A DNA stretch of 64,000 bases, from assembly GCA_036422215.1 (NCBI GenBank), contig JAYZAG010000008.1:2842-66841 (forward strand), read 5' to 3'. The position numbers and the translations under genes are program-made. How positions within the stretch are numbered: the stretch's first letter is position 1; each line of letters begins with the position of its first letter. Shown piece by piece: positions 1 through 8,885 of this stretch. The DNA comes from Thermoproteota archaeon. GTDB lineage: Archaea; Thermoproteota; Nitrososphaeria; Nitrososphaerales; UBA57. The notes beneath the pieces were generated by a model. That model was not told the origin of the DNA. It made no database searches and worked only from the letters and a program-made list of their open reading frames with translations.

Positions 1-1
1 A

Positions 2-208
2 GACACATTAAGGATAGGTTCAAACGATTTTCCAATTGGTGGGGATGTAATCATTTCAATAGATAATATTCCAACCAGAAATATGGACGATTTAATTTCA
101 TATATGGATATAAATAAAAGCCCAGGTGATTCTGTAACGTTTGAAATAATCCGAGGTGGAGAGGTAATAGATCTAAATCTAACTGTTGGAGTTAGGCCTC
201 CACCATAG
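2..208 (+). CDS. C-terminal PDZ domain of an HtrA/DegP-like serine protease (5' part outside window)
   Basis: The frame is open from the window edge to TAG at 206-208. The translation ...FPIGGDVIISIDNIPTRNMDDLISYMDINKSPGDSVTFEIIRGGEVIDLNLTVGVRPPP has the GDVI..I.. / PGD.V....R.G pattern of HtrA PDZ domains. Confidence 0.6.
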   Translation, partial: DTLRIGSNDFPIGGDVIISIDNIPTRNMDDLISYMDINKSPGDSVTFEIIRGGEVIDLNLTVGVRPPP

Positions 209-303
209 TGAATACAAACTTTCATAATTTTATTTACTTTCTGTCTATATGTCCAATTAAAATACCGAATTCCTTATATGTATCCATTTATAATTCTTTA
301 ATT

Positions 304-1818
304 ATGCCCTATTATAGAGATTCGGACGGTAAGGTAAAGAGAAAAAAACTCACCATAGCTGATGTTTTTGACAAACTCCAAAATGAAAATATAAAATTTG
401 TTGATTTACAATTTACTGATGTGCCAGGAAAGTCACATCATGTTACAGTTCCTACACATACATTAGACGAAAATAGTTTTTCAATTGGTATTCCTAAATT
501 AGACGGTTCTTCAATACGTGGATTTACTGGAATAAATGAATCTGATATGTTACTAAGACCTGATCCATCTTCTTTTGTTGTAATTCCCTGGAGTAAAGAA
601 ACTGGTAATACATATGCTAGATTAATTTGTTCAGTACATTGGGGTCAAGGACACTCGGTTCATAAAGGTGGACCTTTAGATAGAGATCCTAGAGGTGTAG
701 CCAAAAAATCCGAGGAATATCTTAAACAAAATGGTTTTGATGTTTCTTATTGGGGACCTGAACTAGAATTTTTCGTATTTGATAGCGTAACTTGGGATAC
801 TGACACACCAGCATCTGGACAAAGTTATTGCATCAAAAGTAATGAAGCTGCATGGAAACCAGGTGGCTATAAAGAATTCAACCCAGAGGGAAAAAGAATA
901 CATCACCCAATTAGACACAAAGAAGGATATTTTCCATTAACTCCTCAAGACACTTTAATGGATTTCAGAAATGATGTTGTATCCTATTTCGAAAATGATT
1001 TTGGTATTATAACTGATGCACATCATCATGAAGTCGCTACTGCAGGTCAATGTGAAATAAACATGTTATATGATTCTCTAGTAAATCAGGCTGACAGTGC
1101 ACAAACTTTCAAGTATGTCGTAAAGAACGTTGCTTTTGAATACAATCAAGTTGCAACTTTCATGCCTAAACCTCTAACTGGTGATAATGGCTCTGGGATG
1201 CATGTACATCAAAGTCTATGGAAAGATGGAAAAAACACATTCTATGATGAGACTGATGAACACGCACAACTAAGCCAAACTGCTCGTTACTATATTGGTG
1301 GAATAATGGCACACACTCGAGCTTTAGCATGCATTGTAGCTCCCACGACTAATTCATACAAGAGATTGGTGCCTGGTTTTGAGGCTCCTGTATATATTGC
1401 TTGGAGTAAGAGCAATAGATCTGCAAATGTTCGAATTCCTGTTAATCTTACAGGTAACGAAAGTGCCAAACGAATTGAGTTCAGATGTCCTGATGCTACT
1501 GCTAATCCATATTTGGCCTTCTCAGCAATGTTATGTGCTGGCTTAGATGGAATAAACAACAAAACAGACTGTGGCGATCCAACTGATGAAAACATCTATT
1601 TGTTATCTGCACAACAGCGAGCTGAAAAAGGCATAAAAGAGCTACCAAAAGATCTTGGTGAAGCCGCTGATGCATTAGAAGCGGATAACGAATTCCTAAA
1701 ACCTGTGTTTTCGGACGATCTTCTAGATACGGTATTAGAACGTGCTAGAGATGAACACTTTGAAATTGCTCAGAGGACTCATCCTCATGAATTCCAATTA
1801 TACTTCGATGTAGGATAG
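304..1818 (+). CDS. glnA: glutamine synthetase, type I
   Basis: Lies in ORF-track frame 208..1818. I prefer ATG 304 (MPYYRDSDGK...) because the first 32 codons begin at a GTG overlapping the previous stop and look non-coding. Motifs seen: DLQFTD.PG, LDGSSIRGF, NGSGMHVHQSLW, NSYKRLVPGFEAP, SNRSANVRIP. Confidence 0.92.
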   Translation: MPYYRDSDGKVKRKKLTIADVFDKLQNENIKFVDLQFTDVPGKSHHVTVPTHTLDENSFSIGIPKLDGSSIRGFTGINESDMLLRPDPSSFVVIPWSKETGNTYARLICSVHWGQGHSVHKGGPLDRDPRGVAKKSEEYLKQNGFDVSYWGPELEFFVFDSVTWDTDTPASGQSYCIKSNEAAWKPGGYKEFNPEGKRIHHPIRHKEGYFPLTPQDTLMDFRNDVVSYFENDFGIITDAHHHEVATAGQCEINMLYDSLVNQADSAQTFKYVVKNVAFEYNQVATFMPKPLTGDNGSGMHVHQSLWKDGKNTFYDETDEHAQLSQTARYYIGGIMAHTRALACIVAPTTNSYKRLVPGFEAPVYIAWSKSNRSANVRIPVNLTGNESAKRIEFRCPDATANPYLAFSAMLCAGLDGINNKTDCGDPTDENIYLLSAQQRAEKGIKELPKDLGEAADALEADNEFLKPVFSDDLLDTVLERARDEHFEIAQRTHPHEFQLYFDVG

Positions 1819-1880
1819 TTTAAATGCAATTGTTCAGCTACATTATTACATCCTAAAAGAGGCCAGAAGAGGTGAATTGA

Positions 1881-2039
1881 TTGTCATACAGAGATGAAAG
1901 AGAAATGCATAAAGCAACTTGTTCAGATTGCGGTAACGAATGTGAAGTTCCATTCAAACCAAAAGACGACCGACCTGTTTATTGCAAAGATTGTTTTCAA
2001 AAACATAGAAAACCACGTAGCAATAATAGACGTTACTAA
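1881..2039 (+). CDS. small CxxC-x17-CxxC zinc-ribbon protein with basic tail
   Basis: Below the ORF-track size cutoff. Runs from TTG 1881 (alternative ATG 1905) to TAA 2037-2039, bounded upstream by an in-frame TGA at 1878. Translation: SYRDEREMHKATCSDCGNECEVPFKPKDDRPVYCKDCFQKHRKPRSNNRRY. Confidence 0.6.
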   Translation: MSYRDEREMHKATCSDCGNECEVPFKPKDDRPVYCKDCFQKHRKPRSNNRRY

Positions 2040-2047
2040 AAAGAATT

Positions 2048-2077
2048 GAGGGAATATATCCCTCTTCTAAATTTTTT
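2048..2077 (+). terminator. hairpin plus T-tract downstream of the small Zn-ribbon ORF
   Basis: GAGGGA-ATATA-TCCCTC (2048-2064) is followed by TTTTTT (2072-2077). Confidence 0.3.
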
Positions 2078-2098
2078 ACATTAAATTTTTGTGATACT

Positions 2099-2977
2099 AT
2101 GCCGAAATATTCATTAGAATTAAATATTCCATTAGATACTTTAGAAGATATTTCTAAAAAAGCTGAAGAATTAAAATATAATAGTTTATTTCTAGTAAAT
2201 TCATCTAGGAATTTCTATCCTGACTTGTGGAATACATTACATCATATTTCTTCTATTACAAAAAATATAGGACTTGGACATGCTATGACATTTCTTATTT
2301 CTAATGATCCAATTGCATTTTCTAAATTGATTTCAACTATTGATAAACATAGTAGTGGAAGATTCGAATTACGCTTAGGATTGGGAGGAAATACCCTGAA
2401 AAAAGAAATGCAAAATCTTGGACTAGAATTCCCTTCATACGATCAACGTGTTAAAATTCTTGATGAAAATTTACAAATCATATTAAGTAATTTACAAAAA
2501 AATTCTGAACTTTTTCAAAAACCAAACCCTCCAATAACAATATCAGGAAAAAGTCGAAACGTAATTCAATTAGCATTAAAATATGCTAATGTTTGGGAAG
2601 TTGGTGGATTTTATTGTGAAAGCTATTCTGACGCACTTGAATTATTTCATAATGAATTAATTAATTCTCAAAATACTAAAAACATAGAGAAATCTGTTGA
2701 AATATTTGTTTATGTTGATCATGAAAAAACACACTCAAAACATGAATTAGAGAGAAAATTAGACGAAAAATACGGTTTAATCCAAAATAAATGGCTTTTT
2801 TCCTGCGGTAGCACTGATGATATCGTGTTTGATTTTCAAAACTATATAGATCTTGGAGTTGATCGATTCACAATATATTTCCTAAACAATCATTCCCAAT
2901 CTAGCCAAACTCCTTCATCTTTACTGGCTCAAATGGAAATATTTTCTGATTCCATTATTCCTAATCTATCAGACTAA
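2099..2977 (+). CDS. luciferase-like (LLM class) flavin/F420-dependent oxidoreductase, family-level call only
   Basis: 292-aa ORF. The N-terminal beta/alpha pattern (SLFLVNSS..., GLGHAMTFL, GRFELRLGLGGN) resembles the LLM family. No catalytic assignment is possible. Confidence 0.5.
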   Translation: MPKYSLELNIPLDTLEDISKKAEELKYNSLFLVNSSRNFYPDLWNTLHHISSITKNIGLGHAMTFLISNDPIAFSKLISTIDKHSSGRFELRLGLGGNTLKKEMQNLGLEFPSYDQRVKILDENLQIILSNLQKNSELFQKPNPPITISGKSRNVIQLALKYANVWEVGGFYCESYSDALELFHNELINSQNTKNIEKSVEIFVYVDHEKTHSKHELERKLDEKYGLIQNKWLFSCGSTDDIVFDFQNYIDLGVDRFTIYFLNNHSQSSQTPSSLLAQMEIFSDSIIPNLSD

Positions 2978-3599
2978 CTAACTCTTTCAAATTTGAAATT
3001 ATGAAATCTGGTTTTGATTCTAATGCTTCTTTTTGTTCTTCACTTCTAAATATTAATACTGTTTCAAGCCCTGCCGCCTTTCCAGCTAATATGTCATGTG
3101 CAGTATCTCCAACCATTAAAGAATTTGATGCTTGTATGTTTGCTTTTTTTAACGTTAATACAACAAGATCTGGATGAGGTTTACCTCTTGTAACTTCTTC
3201 TGCTCCTGAAATAACTTTGAAATAATCTATAATTCCAGTTTTTTCTAAAATTTTTTTTGAAACAATTGATGGATTAGATGATGCTATACAGCATTTTATG
3301 TTATTGTTTTCCAAATATTTCATAACTTCTTTTACTTCTGGAAACAATTTTATTTGTTCTTTATTTTCTATTATGAGTTTTTTTTCATAATCTGATATGT
3401 TCTTTATTTCATTTTCATCAATATTAGGAATTACATCTCTTACTAAATCATCATGGGATTTTCCGTAATTTTCTATAAATTGTGATTTTGATAATTCTTT
3501 TCCAGCTTTCCTAATGGCCATTGCCCAAAATCTATAATGAAGATCAAACGTGTCTATTAGCGTCCCATCTAGGTCAAAAATAACTGAATTGTATTTCAT
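2961..3599 (-). CDS. HAD-IA family hydrolase (phosphatase / beta-phosphoglucomutase-like)
   Basis: FDLDGTLIDT motif I, SSNP motif II, and GDTAHDILAGKAAG motif IV. Confidence 0.8.
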   Translation of the reverse strand: MKYNSVIFDLDGTLIDTFDLHYRFWAMAIRKAGKELSKSQFIENYGKSHDDLVRDVIPNIDENEIKNISDYEKKLIIENKEQIKLFPEVKEVMKYLENNNIKCCIASSNPSIVSKKILEKTGIIDYFKVISGAEEVTRGKPHPDLVVLTLKKANIQASNSLMVGDTAHDILAGKAAGLETVLIFRSEEQKEALESKPDFIISNLKELVSLID

Positions 3600-3646
3600 A
3601 CTTTGTATATTTTGGTTTTAAATACTTAATAAAATAATTACTAAAT

Positions 3647-4504
3647 GTGGAAAAAAAATCTAAAAATAACAAAAAACCCTCTAATATTTCTAACAAATTA
3701 GATGACTGGTCCTTTAAAGATGCTCAGAAGCTATTTGAGACTAAAGAATTCCCATTCAAGGCTGATAAAACATACTTTGATGACTGTATCTCTGGTATGA
3801 AAAAGCTTCCAGATGATAGCATTGACTGTATTATTGCAGATCCTCCATTTGGATTATCCTTTTCTGGTAAAGAATCAGTTTATAACAGAAAAAATAATTT
3901 TGTTGTTGATGGTTATGAAGAAATTACCGATGACTATGGAAAATTTTCTAATAATTGGATATCTGAAATTCCACGTATTTTAAAACCAACAGGCACAGCT
4001 TGGATTTTTAGCGGTTGGACTAATTTACGAGACGTGTTAAATGCAATCGATCATTCAAAACTAAACATAGTAAATCACATAATATGGAAATATCAATTTG
4101 GAGTATTCACTAAACGAAAATTTGTTACAAGCCATTATCACTTGTTATTTCTTTCAAAAACCAAGAATTATTACTTTAATAAGGTACTTCATTATCCACT
4201 CGATGTTTGGGAAATAAAACGAACATATAATCCTGGACAAAATAAAAATGGTACAAAATTACCTGATGAATTAGTTATGAGGTGTACAGACTTTTCCACA
4301 AAACCAGGTGATCTTGTATTGGATCCATTTATGGGAAATGGAACTACTGCTAAAATTGCTAAAGGCACGTTTAGACATTTCTTAGGATATGAAATAAACA
4401 AAAACGCTAAGAAAACTATTACGCACAACATAAATTCAATAAAAAATGGGGAATTATTCACCTCTTTTAATGAAAGATCTAATGTAAATAGTAAAACTAA
4501 CTAA
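3647..4504 (+). CDS. DNA methyltransferase, N4-C/N6-A amino-MTase, beta-class motif order
   Basis: IIADPPFG (motif IV) lies near the N-terminus and LDPFMGNGTT (motif I, AdoMet binding) near the C-terminus. GTG start. Confidence 0.8.
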   Translation: MEKKSKNNKKPSNISNKLDDWSFKDAQKLFETKEFPFKADKTYFDDCISGMKKLPDDSIDCIIADPPFGLSFSGKESVYNRKNNFVVDGYEEITDDYGKFSNNWISEIPRILKPTGTAWIFSGWTNLRDVLNAIDHSKLNIVNHIIWKYQFGVFTKRKFVTSHYHLLFLSKTKNYYFNKVLHYPLDVWEIKRTYNPGQNKNGTKLPDELVMRCTDFSTKPGDLVLDPFMGNGTTAKIAKGTFRHFLGYEINKNAKKTITHNINSIKNGELFTSFNERSNVNSKTN

Positions 4505-4507
4505 TCT

Positions 4508-4530
4508 GTTAATTTACGCTGTAAATTAAC
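4508..4530 (+). terminator. perfect 10-bp inverted repeat immediately after the methyltransferase stop
   Basis: GTTAATTTAC-GCT-GTAAATTAAC. This could be a terminator hairpin or a protein-binding palindrome. Confidence 0.3.
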
Positions 4531-4573
4531 GACAATAATCTTATATTCTATTTCACTATTTCGAATAGTTATC

Positions 4574-5158
4574 TTGTCTGAAATAACTCAAACCAAGATC
4601 TTATCTACTCAAATGATTGCATACGCCGCAATTTTTAGCGCTCTTTATTTGTTACTTTCTTATTCTTCATCTTCAGTTTTTGGACCTTTGTTTAGGGGTT
4701 CCGAAGCACATTGTTTTCGAGCTATGACTATGGCCTTAATTGCTGCACGTCTTGCATATCCAGGCGGACCTATAATTATGAGCTTCGTTAGTGGATTTTT
4801 ATTGCTTTTTGTTCCAGCTCCTGCCGCATTTTTATATTTACCTGGAACGATCGGTGCAGGTGTATCTTATGATTATTTTTTGAGACAAGGCAATTATAAA
4901 ACCAATTGTTCTAATCCATCAAAAGTTGTAATTGGCTCTGTATTCAGTGGAATTGTGGAATCTCTTATTGTAACTGCAGGTCTATTTGTTATTGGTTTTA
5001 ATTTTACTGAACTTATTACAGGCTTAAATCAGCTAGGTTTTGACTCAGTTGGTCTTATTGGTATATTGACATTTTCCATTTCAAAGAATTTGATACTAAG
5101 TTTCGTTGGTGGACTGTTAGGAATGTTCTTTATTAAAAATTTAAAAAAATCAATCTAA
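4574..5158 (+). CDS. polytopic membrane protein, function unknown
   Basis: 194-aa ORF with about 5-6 hydrophobic segments and a TTG start. No diagnostic motif recognised. Confidence 0.55.
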   Translation: MSEITQTKILSTQMIAYAAIFSALYLLLSYSSSSVFGPLFRGSEAHCFRAMTMALIAARLAYPGGPIIMSFVSGFLLLFVPAPAAFLYLPGTIGAGVSYDYFLRQGNYKTNCSNPSKVVIGSVFSGIVESLIVTAGLFVIGFNFTELITGLNQLGFDSVGLIGILTFSISKNLILSFVGGLLGMFFIKNLKKSI

Positions 5159-5160
5159 TT

Positions 5161-5487
5161 TTATTTTCTATTTCTAAGTTTTTCAATAATAGGAATAAAC
5201 AATATGGGAATTAGTGTTCCTATAACTACTCCAAGAACCATATGATTCATTGATGGATCAAGAAATGCACCAAAACCATTGGAGAATGCATGTGAAATAC
5301 CCGCACCAGTCAGTCCTCCCAATGTTCCTTTTGAGCGACTTTTAAGAAACGATCTAATATTTCTAACGTATTTCGATTCATGTGATAATTTGTGAATTCT
5401 ATATTCTATATTGATCCCTGCATATGCACCAAGTATCAAGATGAAATTATCCATAAACCCAAAAATTAAACCATCAGGTATTTGCAT
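5161..5487 (-). CDS. small membrane protein, TMEM65-like, divergent paralog of the upstream gene
   Basis: Has GLIFGFMDNFILILGAYAGI and a C-terminal LIPILFIPIIEKLR shared with 5474..5773. Also has a 25-aa basic loop insertion, and the GN.ISD motif is degraded to SHAFSN. Confidence 0.6.
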   Translation of the reverse strand: MQIPDGLIFGFMDNFILILGAYAGINIEYRIHKLSHESKYVRNIRSFLKSRSKGTLGGLTGAGISHAFSNGFGAFLDPSMNHMVLGVVIGTLIPILFIPIIEKLRNRK

Positions 5488-5773
5488 TACGAATTCTCTC
5501 GATTAATGGAATAAATAAAATAGGAATTAGTGCTCCAACAACTATTCCTGCAAACATACCATCCATGGTTGGATCAATTAGTGCGCCAGCGCCATCCGAA
5601 ATAGCATTACCAAGGGTTGCACCCAACACTCCACCAAGAACTCCACTAGATTTATTGTTCAGAAACTTTTCAACACTAATTCCTGTATACGCACCAATTA
5701 ATAGCAAAAAATTATCAACAAATCCAAAAACCAACCCCGGAGGCAGTAGATCTAATAACGCATTTATCTCCAT
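5474..5773 (-). CDS. small membrane protein, TMEM65-like
   Basis: Has GLVFGFVDNFLLLIGAYTGI, GATLGNAISDGAGALID and GALIPILFIPLIERIR. Overlaps the downstream paralog by 14 nt. Confidence 0.65.
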   Translation of the reverse strand: MEINALLDLLPPGLVFGFVDNFLLLIGAYTGISVEKFLNNKSSGVLGGVLGATLGNAISDGAGALIDPTMDGMFAGIVVGALIPILFIPLIERIRNANT

Positions 5774-5775
5774 TT

Positions 5776-6978
5776 CTAATTACCCAACCCTAATAGTTCT
5801 CTTGCTATTAACATTCTTTGTATCTCATTTGTCCCTTCGTAAATCTCTGATATAAATGAATCTCTGAAAGCACGTTCTATTTCATGTCCGTCTTTTATGC
5901 TATTTACCCCTTGTATTTCCATAGCTTTTGTTATTGCTCTTGACGCAACTTCTGTAACATATGCTTTTGATATTGCGGAACCCCTTGAAACTCTGTCTCT
6001 AAGCTGACGTGGTATTTTTTCCCCAGCCGATATTAATTCATAATATTTCTCAATTTCTGATAATGTATTGTATACCATAAATTTCGATGCATGAACTTCC
6101 ATTGCAAGATCTGCTAATTTCCATTGTATTGATTGTCTTTCAGCCAAGTTTCCACCTTCAACACTATCATTTCTTAACAATTCTACACATGTTTCTAATA
6201 CTTTTTCTGCTGCTCCCAATGATCCTGCAGCTAGACTTACTCTCCCTCCCTCTAAAGTTGTTAGAGCAACCACAAATCCAGCACCTAAAGTTCCTAGTAA
6301 ATTCCCTTTAGGAATTCTACAATTATCAAATAACAATTCTGCAGTATGTGATGCTCTTATTCCCATTTTTGTCTCAATTTTTCCTACTGAAAAACCAGGT
6401 GTATCTTTTTCCACTATGAATGCACTTATTCCTCCCATTGGTCCTAGTGATCTATCATTCGCAGCAAAAATTATAGTTACATCTGATATGTTTCCATTAG
6501 TACAAAATATTTTACTTCCATTCAAAACATATTCATTTCCATCTTCTACAGCCGTTGTTTGTATATTTGCCGCATCACTTCCTGCTCCTGATTCGGTAAG
6601 TGCAAATGCTCCTAATTTTTCTCCCGAAGATAAAGACGGTAAATATTTTTTCTTTTGTTCTTCAGTACCAAAAAGCAATATTGGTATTATACATAAACCT
6701 AAATGAGCTCCTACTATAGTTCCATGTGCAGCACAAACTCTTCCTAATTCTTCTAAAAATATTCCATATTCAATTTTATCTTTACCCATTCCTCCGTATT
6801 CTTTTGGAACATTTAGACCCATGTACCCTTTCTGTGCTATCTTCTTTATGTTATCTAACGGAAAATCTTCATTTCTGTCAAGCTCTTCCACAAAAGGTTT
6901 GATTTCATTTTCAAAAAAATATCTTAACGACCTTCTAAATTTTTCCTGTTCTTCGGTAAAGGAAAATTCAAACTGCAT
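5776..6978 (-). CDS. acyl-CoA dehydrogenase
   Basis: 400 aa. Contains LTESGAGSD, the FCTNG region, and a C-terminal YEGTNEIQR motif. Confidence 0.9.
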   Translation of the reverse strand: MQFEFSFTEEQEKFRRSLRYFFENEIKPFVEELDRNEDFPLDNIKKIAQKGYMGLNVPKEYGGMGKDKIEYGIFLEELGRVCAAHGTIVGAHLGLCIIPILLFGTEEQKKKYLPSLSSGEKLGAFALTESGAGSDAANIQTTAVEDGNEYVLNGSKIFCTNGNISDVTIIFAANDRSLGPMGGISAFIVEKDTPGFSVGKIETKMGIRASHTAELLFDNCRIPKGNLLGTLGAGFVVALTTLEGGRVSLAAGSLGAAEKVLETCVELLRNDSVEGGNLAERQSIQWKLADLAMEVHASKFMVYNTLSEIEKYYELISAGEKIPRQLRDRVSRGSAISKAYVTEVASRAITKAMEIQGVNSIKDGHEIERAFRDSFISEIYEGTNEIQRMLIARELLGLGN

Positions 6979-7019
6979 ATGTCAAAATTGATTCTACTTG
7001 AAATAAGTTTATCTGTTTT

Positions 7020-8159
7020 TTAATCATAACCAAGAATTTTTCTTGCTAAACTCACTTTTAGATCGTCATCATTATCACATAATATCTTCACAGTCGCAGC
7101 ATCTCTTACATATCTTTCTACTGGATAATCTTTAATGTATCCATATCCTCCATGAATCTTCAATGCAGATTTTGTATTATTTTCAACCATTCTTGAAGAA
7201 GCAACTTTACATATTACTGAATTAACTCTAATATTTTCACCTTTATCTTTTTCATTTGATGTTGTTTCCAGTAAATTTTTTACAAATTTTTCTTCTATGA
7301 AAATATTTGCTAACATGGCTTGAACTGCTTCAAATGTTCCAATTTGTTTTCCAAATTGTTTTCGTTCATTTGCATATTTTGTTGCCTCTTTTAATGCAGA
7401 CTCGCTTATTCCTACATTTATGGATGTTAATCCAAGTAGCACATTATCTGACAAATCTTTGATAATCTCGTCTGTTTTGTCAACATCTCCGATTATTTGA
7501 TCTTTTGAAACTTTACAGCTGTAAAAACTAATAGATGAAACTTCATTTCCTTTTAGACCTGTTAATTCTATAGGATTACCCTTTGACAATCCTTTATTAT
7601 TTGCATCTACGATGAAAAATCCAAATTGCTCTTTAATCCGTGCTAAAATTATGAATAAATCAGCATATTTTCCATTTAACACCACGTTTTTTCTTCCACT
7701 TATAGTATATTCTTCTCCATTGAATTCTGCATCTGTTTTCACATCATCTAAATTCAAGAAACTACCATTATCTCCAAACACAACCGTTCCAATACGTTTC
7801 CCAATAGCCAATTCTTTTAATAACGTATTTTTCTGTTCTTCATTTCCATATTTCTCAATTATTCTACATGTCAATGCGTTATGAAATAATACTAATGATG
7901 AAACAGCAGCTGAATATTTTGCTAACTCTCTAATCCCTGACATTAATGCAGATATACTACCATCTACTCCTCCATATTTTTCTGAAACTAACATTCCGTA
8001 TAATCCAATTTCTCCTAATTTTTTCAACAATTCTTCTGGAATTTGCGCCTTCAAGTCTATTTCAGATTCAATAGATTTTATTTCATTTTCACAAAATTCT
8101 CTAACCAAATCTACTATCATTTGTTGTTCTTCTGTGTAATCTTTTGACATATGGTCCAA
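7020..8159 (-). CDS. acyl-CoA dehydrogenase family protein (divergent second copy)
   Basis: 379 aa with ACAD architecture. C-terminal region reads ALKIHGGYGYIKDYPVERYVRDA. Confidence 0.85.
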   Translation of the reverse strand: MDHMSKDYTEEQQMIVDLVREFCENEIKSIESEIDLKAQIPEELLKKLGEIGLYGMLVSEKYGGVDGSISALMSGIRELAKYSAAVSSLVLFHNALTCRIIEKYGNEEQKNTLLKELAIGKRIGTVVFGDNGSFLNLDDVKTDAEFNGEEYTISGRKNVVLNGKYADLFIILARIKEQFGFFIVDANNKGLSKGNPIELTGLKGNEVSSISFYSCKVSKDQIIGDVDKTDEIIKDLSDNVLLGLTSINVGISESALKEATKYANERKQFGKQIGTFEAVQAMLANIFIEEKFVKNLLETTSNEKDKGENIRVNSVICKVASSRMVENNTKSALKIHGGYGYIKDYPVERYVRDAATVKILCDNDDDLKVSLARKILGYD

Positions 8160-8241
8160 TTCTATTCTAATGCTTCCTTTATTATATTCTTTGATGTGTA
8201 TTTTTCTTCTAGTCTAGATTGCATTTTGAATCTTTAATTAA

Positions 8242-8844
8242 TTGTTATCTATAATCTATAATTGTTTGAAAAATAAAGTAACTTACTTCTTATTGGCGAC
8301 TAACTTGATTGTTTTTGTTTTATTCAATATAAGATATGGCACTCCTGTATGCGGAGATATTCCTTGGCGTACTTTCTGTATTAATAATTTTTCTGTATTA
8401 CAATATGGTCAGGTTAACAGTCTTCTTTTGGAAGGTAAAAATCTTTATCAGTTGATCACCAAGCTTTTCCTACACAAAGCATCTTTTCATCTCATATGGA
8501 ATGTTGTTTCATTGTTTTATTTTGGAAAAAAACTTGAAAGTAATTTTGGATCAACACCAATCTTTCTTTCTTTCTTTATTTCAGGAATATCTACAAGTTT
8601 GGCTACTCTTACTCTTGGTAGTATTATTTCTATAGGAGCTTCGGGTGCAATTATTGGAGTTGTTAGTACTTGGGTAATTTTAGAAGAAAAACGAAATGCA
8701 GTTATTCTGTTTGCATTATTTGTTATTCTATTTCATTTTCCTTATTTCCTTGGTGCAAATATTAATTTCATTTCGCATATTTCCGGTTTATTTTCAGGAC
8801 TGACATTCGGTATATTATACAAACACTTTGTAGAACGTAAATGA
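8242..8844 (+). CDS. rhomboid-family intramembrane serine protease
   Basis: GASGAIIG (catalytic Ser motif), downstream HISGLFSGL (catalytic His), and multiple TM segments. Confidence 0.7.
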   Translation: MLSIIYNCLKNKVTYFLLATNLIVFVLFNIRYGTPVCGDIPWRTFCINNFSVLQYGQVNSLLLEGKNLYQLITKLFLHKASFHLIWNVVSLFYFGKKLESNFGSTPIFLSFFISGISTSLATLTLGSIISIGASGAIIGVVSTWVILEEKRNAVILFALFVILFHFPYFLGANINFISHISGLFSGLTFGILYKHFVERK

Positions 8845-8885
8845 TCTGAGACAGGCTTTTATTTGTTAAGTTGCTCTTTTGTATT

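Noticed and set aside
208-303. The ORF-track N-terminal extension of glnA (32 codons from GTG 208).
   Set aside because: The GTG overlaps the stop codon of the preceding HtrA-like gene. The peptide (MNTNFHNFIYFLSICPIK...) is not GS-like, and the conserved GS N-terminus begins at ATG 304.
1816-1830. The exact 15-mer TAGTTTAAATGCAAT is shared between 1816-1830 and 24619-24633. Each copy is about 60 nt upstream of a Zn-ribbon gene, suggesting a possible shared promoter or regulatory motif.
   Set aside because: My rough estimate is that tens of exact 15-mer coincidences are expected by chance in 64 kb of such AT-rich sequence. TTTAAA is a generic archaeal TATA-like core, and there is no further similarity in the flanks.
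3647-5158. The methyltransferase plus the downstream ORF as a restriction-modification system.
   Set aside because: The downstream ORF is a polytopic membrane protein with no nuclease motif (no PD-(D/E)xK, HNH or GIY-YIG pattern visible). The methyltransferase is treated as an orphan.
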